Of a DNA stretch of 27,988 nt, positions 1 to 8,408 are shown in pieces. The notes under the pieces were generated by a model. It saw nothing but the letters and a program-made list of their open reading frames with translations, made no database searches and was not told where the DNA came from. Source of the DNA: a virus (taxonomy: Duplodnaviria > Caudoviricetes); IMG/VR virus record IMGVR_UViG_3300015050_000944, positions 1-27,988 of that record. The stretch is one strand, 5' to 3'. Within the stretch, counting starts at the first letter, position 1. The number at the start of each line of letters is the position of its first letter. The position numbers and the translations under genes were made by a program.

Positions 1-26
1 CGTCGCAAGCGCAGGACGATTGCGTA

Positions 27-314
27 ATGGCAGGGCTTGGGTTTGCCCGCAAGCGGGACCGCCGCAACATTAACGACTACGCTGATGTTCCGGCGGAAGG
101 CGAGAATGAAACACGCACGGACAAACTGGCCCGGCACTACGAGAGGCGAAACAGTGCTTACAAACACGGGCCTGGACCAAAGGCCCGATGGAGCGAGGAA
201 GAGCGTCGGTACAGGCGTTGGCGCGAGAGGAACCCGCGACCGCCTGAATCTGGAACGCCGGATCATTACCCGCCTTATTCTGACGAGTGGCGGAACAACA
301 GGAGAGAAGTGTGA
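27..314 (+). CDS. Small charged, probably disordered protein with N-terminal MAGLGFA motif
   Basis: TAATG overlap with an upstream ORF ending RRKRRTIA*; TGATG overlap with the next gene; shares GLGF and YERRNxxYKH with 8409-8777. Confidence 0.75.
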   Translation: MAGLGFARKRDRRNINDYADVPAEGENETRTDKLARHYERRNSAYKHGPGPKARWSEEERRYRRWRERNPRPPESGTPDHYPPYSDEWRNNRREV

Positions 315-721
315 TGAAGCCAACCGGCTTGAAACTGGCCAGGCGCCCGAACGTGAAGACGGCCGGCGACGAGGATTACTGGCGCCACCCGCAGGATCCG
401 CAGGACGCGGCCGGCGAAGACGCGAATTGGCGTCACCCGCAAGACCCGATGGATCCGGCGCCGCGCAAGCCGGCTTATGCCGACCAGGGTGGCCCCGACT
501 TCGACCCGACTGACGAGAGCCAGAAGCCAGAGGGGTACGACCAGTACTCTGAGGAGGCGTATCAGGATTTTGCCAGCATCGTCTCGAGCGGTCCCGACGA
601 CTCGTACAATTCGTCCGAAATCGATGAGTGGCGCAAGCGGTGGATGGAGCGCGCAGCAGAGATGGGGATGGACGAGCGTCAGGCGAGCCAGGCGCTGGAC
701 GACATTCAGGACGGATACTGA
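314..721 (+). CDS. Acidic low-complexity protein with C-terminal helical module
   Basis: Start reassigned to ATG 314 (GGAGAG at 301-306, TGATG coupling); last 35 aa align ungapped with the C-terminus of 16157-16906. Confidence 0.75.
   Translation: MKPTGLKLARRPNVKTAGDEDYWRHPQDPQDAAGEDANWRHPQDPMDPAPRKPAYADQGGPDFDPTDESQKPEGYDQYSEEAYQDFASIVSSGPDDSYNSSEIDEWRKRWMERAAEMGMDERQASQALDDIQDGY
361..456 (+). repeat. 2 x 48-bp imperfect coding tandem repeat (AGxxxxWRHPQDPxD)
   Basis: Units start at 361 and 409; WRHPQDP is conserved with synonymous changes. Confidence 0.85.
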
Positions 722-1086
722 TGCGCATCACCCGGACAGAGGCCGAGACACTGCTGGCAGGTCAGCGCAAGAACGACGCGCCGTATGCCCATCCACAGGC
801 TGCGATTTCCGCACGGTTCCTCGAGCAGGCCGTTGTGGCAACGCAGCACCTGACCGGGAGCCATGAGTGGAACGTGTTCCTGCAGCGCATCCAGGCATGG
901 GTCGAGCAAGACAAGAAACTGTTTCACACGATGGCAGAGTCGATGGCCCTGCCGAACCTCACATCAGAGCAAGTGCTGCAGGCGCAGCGGCACATGCTTG
1001 CAGCAAGAGCGAGATTGGACGCATGGGAACAGGTACTGGCTTTGCCAAAGCAGATCCTCGAGACAGGCGACCCGAAGGCAGCGTGA
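721..1086 (+). CDS. Hypothetical helical protein of the head region
   Basis: ATG 721 coupled to upstream TGA; amphipathic helices (WNVFLQRIQAWVEQ); lies just before the scaffold/capsid genes. Confidence 0.7.
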   Translation: MRITRTEAETLLAGQRKNDAPYAHPQAAISARFLEQAVVATQHLTGSHEWNVFLQRIQAWVEQDKKLFHTMAESMALPNLTSEQVLQAQRHMLAARARLDAWEQVLALPKQILETGDPKAA

Positions 1087-1223
1087 TTTTGTTCCCGCTT
1101 CCGGCGGAGTTCGCGGAGCGCCTTCGCGCGTTTATTCTTGACAAGCAATCCGGCAACATTCAGTTAAACATCCGGCAGGGAGTGATTCTCGGGTTCCACG
1201 TGAACGAAGTTCACTCCCTTTAG
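1083..1223 (+). CDS. 46-aa protein resembling DUF2292/YezD-type small proteins
   Basis: GTGA overlap at 1083-1086; helix followed by GNIQLNIRQGVI, similar to the G-x-[IV]-x-[IL]-x-[IV]-x-x-G-x-I pattern. Confidence 0.55.
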   Translation: MILFPLPAEFAERLRAFILDKQSGNIQLNIRQGVILGFHVNEVHSL

Positions 1224-1266
1224 CCGTAACATAGGGCGCTTCCACCCAAAGGTTATCGAAACTTCG

Positions 1267-1296
1267 AGCCTCGCTGTGCAAACGGCGGGGCTTTTT
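1267..1296 (+). terminator. Intrinsic terminator-like hairpin upstream of the head genes
   Basis: AGCCTCGCTGT-GCAA-ACGGCGGGGCT: 11-bp stem (2 G-U pairs valid only on +), GNRA loop, then TTTT. Confidence 0.75.
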
Positions 1297-1333
1297 GCTT
1301 TGAAAATTCCATGCCGGATTTGAAAGGTGAGTG

Positions 1334-1930
1334 ATGACGCAAGAGAATGAACAGCAGACGACCCCGGAGTACAGCATTACCGAACTGGATAACGCTGTAG
1401 CGGCCGGCCAGATCACGCAGACCCAGCGTGACCAGATTTTTGCGACGCAGATTGAGCGCAAGGCGATGGTGCAGGCCACGCACGCGGCGACGCAGATCAT
1501 CGAGACAAACAACCGCGAAACCACGCTCGACACGCAGCTGCAGCAGTATGCTGGCCTTGCGCCCGACGTGGTCCGCGAGGGATCCCCACTGCGGCAGCGC
1601 GTGGCACAGGAGTTCGAATTCCTGGTGCAGAACGGCGCGCCGCGTGACCTGACAACGGAACTCGCCGCTGTGCGCGCCGTCATGGGTCCGCTGGAGCGGG
1701 CGAAGCAGTACGCACAGGGTCGCCGCCGCGGGCCTGACGCCGGGCGCGATTCATACGGTGGCTCGATGTCCCCGGTCGAACGCCGCGCCGCGGACGCCTT
1801 TGACCGGCTCGATCCGGCCAAGCAGCAGTATTACCAGAAGCTGATCACCCAGGGCCTTTACACAGACAAGAAGGCCGTGATCAGCGAACTGAACTGGAAG
1901 CGTGGCTCCAACAGCAAGGGCCGCGCATGA
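1334..1930 (+). CDS. Probable capsid scaffolding protein
   Basis: GAAAGGTGA RBS; Q/E/T-rich helical protein with a short helical basic C-terminus; position upstream of decoration and capsid genes (GTG 1331 is an alternative start). Confidence 0.55.
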   Translation: MTQENEQQTTPEYSITELDNAVAAGQITQTQRDQIFATQIERKAMVQATHAATQIIETNNRETTLDTQLQQYAGLAPDVVREGSPLRQRVAQEFEFLVQNGAPRDLTTELAAVRAVMGPLERAKQYAQGRRRGPDAGRDSYGGSMSPVERRAADAFDRLDPAKQQYYQKLITQGLYTDKKAVISELNWKRGSNSKGRA

Positions 1931-2268
1931 TCCTGAACTCCACCCCGAAACCGAACGGCAAGGCCCCCGCGATCATTCGGCCGTCCAGCCATTGGACGCC
2001 GCAGGTCATGGCCAAGCAGACGGAATTTACGGGCCGGAAGGAAGGACAAACCCAAGGCACGCACCTGGACAACCTTGTGCAGTTGCGTCGTGTCATCTGC
2101 CTCTCGCCGGAAGCGGCGAAGAAATTCGGGCACCCGAAGGGGCGCTCGATGGCCGAGAAGCACGGCTATGTCATCAAGAGGTCCGTGCCGATCGCACGGT
2201 CATGGTGTGATGCGACGGGTGAATTCCATCCCGGCTGCATTGTCTTTTTTCCGAAGGAGTTAGCGTAA
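1927..2268 (+). CDS. Hypothetical basic protein
   Basis: ATGA and TAATG coupling on both sides. Confidence 0.65.
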   Translation: MILNSTPKPNGKAPAIIRPSSHWTPQVMAKQTEFTGRKEGQTQGTHLDNLVQLRRVICLSPEAAKKFGHPKGRSMAEKHGYVIKRSVPIARSWCDATGEFHPGCIVFFPKELA

Positions 2269-2972
2269 TGGAATTCGCATATAACCTCGGGTCCAACTCG
2301 ACCCCCCTGATCAAGAAGTACCAGGTCGCGGAAACCTTCGGCTACGCCGGGGTCATCGCGACCGTGGGTGGTGCTGGCGCTTACGGCGTCAAGAAGGCTA
2401 CGACAACCGCCGCTGCCAACTCGATGGGATTGGCCCTCGAGGCCGTGACCACGCTGACAGCACAGCAGTCGGACAACTCCGATCCGGCCCGCATGGTGTC
2501 GATCATTGTCAACCCGGATGCGGTGCTTCGTGCCCGTCTCTCCGGAGCGGCAACCGATGGCACGGCCATCACGGACTACGCTGAAACATCCGGCAACACG
2601 GCAGGCACGACAGTGACCGCAGCCGGTCTGGTGTCAGCAGACGAAGGCATGATCGTCTGCTCGTCGGGGGCCAACGCCGGCAAGTACCGGAAGAACATCA
2701 CCGGCGGCTCGGGTTCAGCTGTTGCCGGCGTTGCTTTCCCCGTCGACATCGCCACCGGCGACAAGTTCTTCACGTTGCCGTTCTCCTGCATGGACATCCA
2801 GACCGTGCAGCTGACGACCAACCTGTTGGAAGTCGATCAGTCGGCAGCGGTTGCCACCAACCAGGTGGCCTACCAGCCGGTCGAAATCAAACTGGGCAAT
2901 CCGCCGTCGGAAATCCTGACTCAGTCTTATGTGTTCCTGGTGGCCTCAGACCACCTGTTTGCGTCCAGCTAA
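2268..2972 (+). CDS. Probable head decoration/cement protein
   Basis: G/A/T/V-rich, beta-like composition; immediately upstream of the major capsid gene. Confidence 0.55.
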   Translation: MEFAYNLGSNSTPLIKKYQVAETFGYAGVIATVGGAGAYGVKKATTTAAANSMGLALEAVTTLTAQQSDNSDPARMVSIIVNPDAVLRARLSGAATDGTAITDYAETSGNTAGTTVTAAGLVSADEGMIVCSSGANAGKYRKNITGGSGSAVAGVAFPVDIATGDKFFTLPFSCMDIQTVQLTTNLLEVDQSAAVATNQVAYQPVEIKLGNPPSEILTQSYVFLVASDHLFASS

Positions 2973-2990
2973 TAGAGAGGATCTAGGTCA

Positions 2991-3911
2991 ATGGCTGTCC
3001 CCCACATTTCCACCCAGTTCGGTGATCTTTTGGACCCACGGTTCCAGAAGATCTTTTACGACCAGTACGACCAGCTGCCCGACATGGTCGACGACCTGTA
3101 CGCCAAGGTCAGCCACAACGGCCGCGCAGACATGCGCTGGTCGGCAGTCGGCGCCTTCGGTGATTGGTCCGAGTTCACCGGCACCGTCGGTTACGATTCG
3201 GTCAACCAGGGCTACGACACGACCACGACATACCTCGAGTTCGTCTCGGGCTGTCAGGTCGAGCGCAAGCTGTTCGATGACGACCAGTTCAACATCATGG
3301 ACAAGCGCCCGCAGGGTCTTGCGATTGCGGCAAACCGCACGCGCCAGAAGCACGCGGCCCGCGTCCTGAACAACATGGGTTCGGTCGACTCGTACTTCTA
3401 CGTCAACAGCGAGGGCGTTGCCCTTGTGTCGGACTCCCACACGACGAACGCCCCCGGCGTCTCGACGACCACGGGCTTCGACAACAAGGTCACGTCGGCA
3501 CTGTCGGCAACGGCACTGTCCGCCGCCCGCATCCAGGGCCAGAAGTTCCGCGACGACCGCGGCAACCTCCTGGCTGTGAACTTCGACGAACTCTGGATCC
3601 CGATCGACCTGTACGACCAGGCGTGGGAAATCGTGAACTCGTCGGGCAAGCTGGACACGGCGAACAACAACAAGAACGTCCACGAAGGCAAGTACAAGAT
3701 CAAGACTTGGAACTACCTGACGGACACGAACGATTGGTCGCTGCAGGATTCCACGATGCGCAAGATGAGCCTGCACTGGGTTGATCGCGTAGGCATGGAG
3801 TTCAAGATGGCCGAGGACATCGACACCCTCGTCGCGAAGTGGCGCGGTTACATGCGTTACTCGATGGCGTGGACCGATTGGCGGTTCATCGTTGGCGCGA
3901 CCGTCAGCTAA
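2991..3911 (+). CDS. Major capsid protein, HK97 fold, Mu gpT-like family
   Basis: 306 aa; GAGAGG RBS; ERKLFDDDQF, GVALVSDSH and the C-terminal EDIDTLVAKWRGYMRYSMAWTDWR signature; strongly biased codon usage. Confidence 0.85.
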   Translation: MAVPHISTQFGDLLDPRFQKIFYDQYDQLPDMVDDLYAKVSHNGRADMRWSAVGAFGDWSEFTGTVGYDSVNQGYDTTTTYLEFVSGCQVERKLFDDDQFNIMDKRPQGLAIAANRTRQKHAARVLNNMGSVDSYFYVNSEGVALVSDSHTTNAPGVSTTTGFDNKVTSALSATALSAARIQGQKFRDDRGNLLAVNFDELWIPIDLYDQAWEIVNSSGKLDTANNNKNVHEGKYKIKTWNYLTDTNDWSLQDSTMRKMSLHWVDRVGMEFKMAEDIDTLVAKWRGYMRYSMAWTDWRFIVGATVS

Positions 3912-3923
3912 CAGGAGGCCCTT

Positions 3924-4877
3924 ATGCCACTTACCAACTATCCTTCTGGCGTCTCCAGTTTCGGCATGCCCCTTGTTGGGGGTGCCGGGGTCGCGACAAC
4001 CGGCAATGTGTTCTTCGTTTCCTCTGTCGCATCCGGCCGGTCAAATTCAACTGCCGCCGGTCGCGATCCCTCGACGCCGTTTGCAACGCTCGATTATGCA
4101 ATCGGGCAATGCACGGCTTCCAACAACGATGTCATCTATGTCATGCCTGGGCATGTCGAGACGATTGCCACAGCTGCCGGTGTTGCCGTCGATGTGGCCG
4201 GGATCGCGATCGTCGGCATGGGGCGTGGCTCGCTGCGCCCGACGATGAACTTCACGGCGACGGGATCAACTTTTGCCATCACGGCGGCGAACATCCTGAT
4301 CACCAACATCCTGTTCACCGGCGGCATTGATGCGATCGTAACACCGATCACGATTGCGGCGGCAGATGTTGAACTCATCTCCATCGAAACCCGTGACGTT
4401 ACCGGCCAGGCCATAGACTGGATCACCACGACCGCAGCGGCCAACCGGCTCCACATCAGGAACTGGACCCATGCGGGTGCCCTCCTTCCAGGTGCCGACA
4501 CCGCCATTTCCATTGTTGGCGGTGACGGGATTGACATTGAAAACTTCAGGATCTTTGGCAACTTCGCTGTCGCGGCCATCGAAAATGTCACTACCGCCTC
4601 CACGAACCTCATCATCGGCGGGGGCGATACTGTGAACTACATCCAGAACAGTCTGGATAACGCAGCCGTGGTGGCAGTCACCCTGGTTGCGACCGCGACC
4701 GGCTTTATCGGACCCAACATCAATATCCGCATCGGTCAGGACGCGACATCGAACACGACCAACATCACCGAGGCGCTTGTGGGCGCGGCCATGCAGTTCA
4801 TGCAGCCGCTCAACATTGCCAACCTTGGTGGCGAAGTCGCTATGCAATCGAACATCACAGCAGCCACTGACGCTTAA
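3924..4877 (+). CDS. Virion structural protein with pectin-lyase-like right-handed beta-helix (head fibre/spike)
   Basis: AGGAGG RBS; N-terminal TNYPSGVSSFG; GRDPSTPFATLDYAI...DVIYVMPG beta-helix cap; I/N/T/A-rich strands. Confidence 0.6.
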   Translation: MPLTNYPSGVSSFGMPLVGGAGVATTGNVFFVSSVASGRSNSTAAGRDPSTPFATLDYAIGQCTASNNDVIYVMPGHVETIATAAGVAVDVAGIAIVGMGRGSLRPTMNFTATGSTFAITAANILITNILFTGGIDAIVTPITIAAADVELISIETRDVTGQAIDWITTTAAANRLHIRNWTHAGALLPGADTAISIVGGDGIDIENFRIFGNFAVAAIENVTTASTNLIIGGGDTVNYIQNSLDNAAVVAVTLVATATGFIGPNINIRIGQDATSNTTNITEALVGAAMQFMQPLNIANLGGEVAMQSNITAATDA

Positions 4878-4898
4878 CCACGAAAGCAAAGGGAAGTC

Positions 4899-5708
4899 AT
4901 GCAAACCTTTACGAAAGACGAAGGGCGGTTCGAAAGGACCGCCCCACTTCTCAAGCAGTCGCAGCTGCAGGAAATGGGACAGGAGCGCGATCGCCTCAAG
5001 CAGACGCTCCACGCCCCGCCGCACTTGCGCAACGCCATTCAGGATGCCTCGACAATGTTCGGCGTCCTCAAGCGCCTGGAGACATCGCTCGAGCGCGACA
5101 CCGCGCGCGAATACGTAGGTCCGGAACTCGACAAGGCCGTGCGCCGCGAGAAGGAACTGCGCGAGAAAATCAAGAGCGGGATGCCCACGTCCGAGGAGAT
5201 GCGCCGCAATCCGCCGGGCGCGCTCGACAAGCACATGCAGTGGGAAGCCCGCAACAAGGCCGACATCGCAGAATGGAAAAACATCCGCCGGCGCATGATG
5301 GCGTCTGGCGCGGTGGAATCGTCCGTTTCCGATGCGTCGGTAGCCAACGTCGAAATGTTGCGCTCGATGGGCGGACACCAGTTGTCGATGGACAGTGCGC
5401 AGATCCCCGTCGCGAAAACGTATTACGGTCTAGGCGGCAGGTCGTCGACATTCACTGACGAGGAGTTGGTCCTCCTCGAGAAGGTTGCCCCGCGCCTGAA
5501 AGAGATGATCGCGCTCTTGTCCGCTGACCAGCGCGACGAGATCAAGACATCGCTCCAGGCCGAGGCTGTGATCCAGCTGGACCCTGCGTCGCTGGAAGGC
5601 CTGACCCACAAGGAAGCGCGCGAGCGTTGCCGTGCGGCCGGCCTCGAGACGGGCGGTTCCCGCGAAGATCTGGTTGATCGCCTCAAGGCGCATTACGGGA
5701 AGAACTGA
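4899..5708 (+). CDS. Helical protein with C-terminal SAP-like DNA-binding domain
   Basis: LEGLTHKEARERCRAAGLETGGSREDLVDRL fits the SAP pattern. Confidence 0.7.
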   Translation: MQTFTKDEGRFERTAPLLKQSQLQEMGQERDRLKQTLHAPPHLRNAIQDASTMFGVLKRLETSLERDTAREYVGPELDKAVRREKELREKIKSGMPTSEEMRRNPPGALDKHMQWEARNKADIAEWKNIRRRMMASGAVESSVSDASVANVEMLRSMGGHQLSMDSAQIPVAKTYYGLGGRSSTFTDEELVLLEKVAPRLKEMIALLSADQRDEIKTSLQAEAVIQLDPASLEGLTHKEARERCRAAGLETGGSREDLVDRLKAHYGKN

Positions 5709-5710
5709 CA

Positions 5711-6124
5711 ATGGCTGACACGGTTGACACGATTGTCCTGCAAAACAACTATCCCTACTACGCGGTAAGGCTTCTGTCGAAGTCTGACGGTACGGGGGAG
5801 ACGAATGTCGTAAAGGTCGATCGATCAACCCTTGTCGGCAGCAACGGGTTGGAGCCGAAGGCGCTCGACATCGTGCATTGCTCGGGCATCGTGTTCGGCG
5901 CCAATCACGTGGCGCTGAACTGGGATGCTGCGACGGACGACGAGGCGCTGATCCTCAGCGGCTCGTTCTGGTTCGACTACGGCGGCATGGCGATCCCTGG
6001 CCTCGGCCCCTTGCGCGATCCGCTATCGGCGACGAACGTGGGAGACATCCTGCTGACGACATCGGGCATGGTCGCCAATGGCGGCTACTGCATCAACCTG
6101 GTCCTCCAGCTGCGCGACAGGTAA
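5711..6124 (+). CDS. Small beta-rich virion structural protein
   Basis: MADTV...SDGTGETNVVKVD...GDILLTT pattern recalled from head-associated phage proteins; head-module context. Confidence 0.55.
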   Translation: MADTVDTIVLQNNYPYYAVRLLSKSDGTGETNVVKVDRSTLVGSNGLEPKALDIVHCSGIVFGANHVALNWDAATDDEALILSGSFWFDYGGMAIPGLGPLRDPLSATNVGDILLTTSGMVANGGYCINLVLQLRDR

Positions 6125-6130
6125 ACGAAC

Positions 6131-7351
6131 ATGCGTCGTGGCTCGATCATCCCGGCGATCCGCGCGCTTCAGCCGCCGCCCTATTACTACGACGGCATCC
6201 ACCTTGATTTCAGGTATGGCGCGGGTGCGCTTGGCTGCTATGTGAAAGCGATCAACGGCGCGGTGACGAGGTCCCCGCTGACCTCGCTGTTCACGTTCAC
6301 GGGTGGCGCTGAAAGCATGTACATGGGGCCTGCGGGCTTGCTTGTGCAGTCGGTCACGAACACACCGCGCATCGAGTACGCCGCGAACGGGAACTGTCTT
6401 GGGCTTCTGATGGAGGCGAGCAGGACGAACCTGATGGTGCGGTCGCAGGCACTCGCGACATCCCCGTGGTTCAATTCCAACCTGACCAGCATTGCCAACA
6501 ATACTACGGACGTAACTGATCCGGCTGGGGGCAACAATGCGACAAAGATTGTCTCGCCCGGTGGTGCCGCTGGTGTTGGGTGCGGCGCCACACTGACAGC
6601 GGTCGTTCACACTGGCAGTATCTGGTTGCGGTGCGCCACTGGCACAGTCGCAACAGATCTTATTGTCTACCTTTCCGGGTCGCCGTTCACAAGCATTGGG
6701 TCGGCATCCCACACCATAACGACGACGTGGCAACGGTTTACGGTCGTCACGTCAGCCGCAACGGCGGCAAGTTACAACCTCCAACTGAATGGCATCGGTG
6801 CAGGCACAGTCTATGCCTATGGCGCCCAACTTGAGGCCGGCGCCTTCGCCTCATCCTACATCCCCACCACCACCGTATCCGTAGCGCGTACAGCAGATAG
6901 CTGCATCCGCACGCTAGGCTCGGAGTTCAGCGCGACGGCGGGGACTGTGGTTGTGGCTGGAAGGGCGAGCGGGGGGCAGGACCCCGGAAACCAGCACCTC
7001 TATTCATTCGACAATGCGACCAACGCAGAGGCTTATCGAGCGTATCGCAACGGTGCGACTGATACGGTTGTTTCGCTGGTCACGGATGGTGGTGTCACAC
7101 AGGCTCAAATTGCGACAGACAGTTTTACAAACTCGACCGCGTTTAAGCTGGCGGTCGCCCTGCAAGTCAACGACTACGCCTATTCCTTCAACGGCGGGGC
7201 CGTTTCGACGGACGTTATTTTGACAATGCCAACCCCGACGCAGTTAACACTGGCTGGAACCGGCTTTAACGTAACCCCAATGAACGGCCACATCCGCCGC
7301 TTCGACTACTACCCAACACGACTCCCGAACGGCTTCCTGACATCCGCCTAA
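6131..7351 (+). CDS. Spike/fibre protein with carbohydrate-binding and LamG-like domains
   Basis: PRIEY...GLLMEASRTNL, GAQLEAGAFASSYIPTT...RTAD and C-terminal NGHIRRFDYYPTRL motifs. Confidence 0.7.
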   Translation: MRRGSIIPAIRALQPPPYYYDGIHLDFRYGAGALGCYVKAINGAVTRSPLTSLFTFTGGAESMYMGPAGLLVQSVTNTPRIEYAANGNCLGLLMEASRTNLMVRSQALATSPWFNSNLTSIANNTTDVTDPAGGNNATKIVSPGGAAGVGCGATLTAVVHTGSIWLRCATGTVATDLIVYLSGSPFTSIGSASHTITTTWQRFTVVTSAATAASYNLQLNGIGAGTVYAYGAQLEAGAFASSYIPTTTVSVARTADSCIRTLGSEFSATAGTVVVAGRASGGQDPGNQHLYSFDNATNAEAYRAYRNGATDTVVSLVTDGGVTQAQIATDSFTNSTAFKLAVALQVNDYAYSFNGGAVSTDVILTMPTPTQLTLAGTGFNVTPMNGHIRRFDYYPTRLPNGFLTSA

Positions 7352-7380
7352 TCCAAGGGGTTGAGGCGCGGAGGTAATAT
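7352..7380 (+). promoter_or_regulatory. Putative late promoter copy 1: TCCAAG-N17-TAATAT
   Basis: Shares TAATCCAAGGG and GGAG(G/A)TAAT with 22309-22349; identical stop-to-start distance. Confidence 0.55.
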
Positions 7381-7386
7381 CACGCC

Positions 7387-8406
7387 ATGACCACGACCGG
7401 ACAGCTGCGAAATTTCTCCGACCTTTACCTCGACCTGACGAACAGGATCCGGGCGCAAACCGGCACGTCCGGTCCCGAGACGGTGATGAAGCGGTACATC
7501 AACATCGCGCTTCAGGACATCCACATCGGCATGAAGGAGCGCCTGCCCTGGGCAGAGCGGCAGGGCGTGCTGATCACGCAGCCGTCCTACTCGACCGGCA
7601 CGGTGTCGATCACGCAGGGTTCGACCACGCTGACAGGCGTTGGCACCACGTGGAACACGAACAACGCCTGGGGCGTGAAGACCGCACGCAAGTACGGCAA
7701 GCTGGTCCTGAGCGGCGGGCTTGAGAATTACGAAGTGTCGAGCGTCGCCTCGGACACGTCGATCACGCTGGCCTCGCGGTTCACGCAGGACGACCTGAGT
7801 GCTGCGACCTACCAGTATTTCGAGGACGAGTACGACCTTGCCGCGGACTTCCTGCGCCCCGTCGACTTCCGCTTCTTCGACCAGAACCGCCAGTTCACGC
7901 TGATGCCGCGCAACGAGTTCCGGACGAACTACGTGCGGATGCAGACGCCCGGCAAGCCGACGGCGTGCAGCATCGCCGACCGCCCGCCGTCAGGGAACAC
8001 CGACCTCGTCCGCCGCGTGCTGTTCAACCGGCCGACGGACCAGGCCTATTCGATCCCGTATTCCTACATCACGAAGTACCTCGTCGTTTCGAGCGCGGGT
8101 ACGGCGCAGGAGGAGTTCAGCGCGGACGCGGACGAACCGCTGCTGCCGCTGCCCTACCGCCATGTGATCGTGGCCAAGGCGCTGTACTGGGCCTATCGCG
8201 ACCGTCGCGATGACCGGCGCAGCGGGGAGGCGAACCAGGAGTTCGTGGACCTGTGGCTCCGAATCTCGGGGGACAATGAATTTGGCACATCGCGTCCGAC
8301 CATGTCGCCGCGGATTGCTTCGTATGCCTCGCGCGCCCGCCGGCCGATGTCGGGTGCCACGCCGCGGGTTGTGAGCGGATCGGCTTTTGATGAGTTGAGG
8401 GAATAG
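7387..8406 (+). CDS. Head-tail adaptor (tail tubular protein A-like) with inserted beta domain
   Basis: N-terminal helices (KRYINIALQDI), YDLAADF, GKPT, PLLPLPYRHVIVAKAL; typical position before the nozzle gene. Confidence 0.65.
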   Translation: MTTTGQLRNFSDLYLDLTNRIRAQTGTSGPETVMKRYINIALQDIHIGMKERLPWAERQGVLITQPSYSTGTVSITQGSTTLTGVGTTWNTNNAWGVKTARKYGKLVLSGGLENYEVSSVASDTSITLASRFTQDDLSAATYQYFEDEYDLAADFLRPVDFRFFDQNRQFTLMPRNEFRTNYVRMQTPGKPTACSIADRPPSGNTDLVRRVLFNRPTDQAYSIPYSYITKYLVVSSAGTAQEEFSADADEPLLPLPYRHVIVAKALYWAYRDRRDDRRSGEANQEFVDLWLRISGDNEFGTSRPTMSPRIASYASRARRPMSGATPRVVSGSAFDELRE

Positions 8407-8408
8407 AG

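Noticed and set aside
33-44. GLGF as a PDZ carboxylate-binding loop or nucleoporin GLFG repeat
   Set aside because: No PDZ-sized beta domain follows; single terminal copies in low-complexity phage proteins
3895-3925. Programmed frameshift or read-through extending the capsid protein
   Set aside because: No slippery heptamer near the TAA; the next gene has its own AGGAGG RBS
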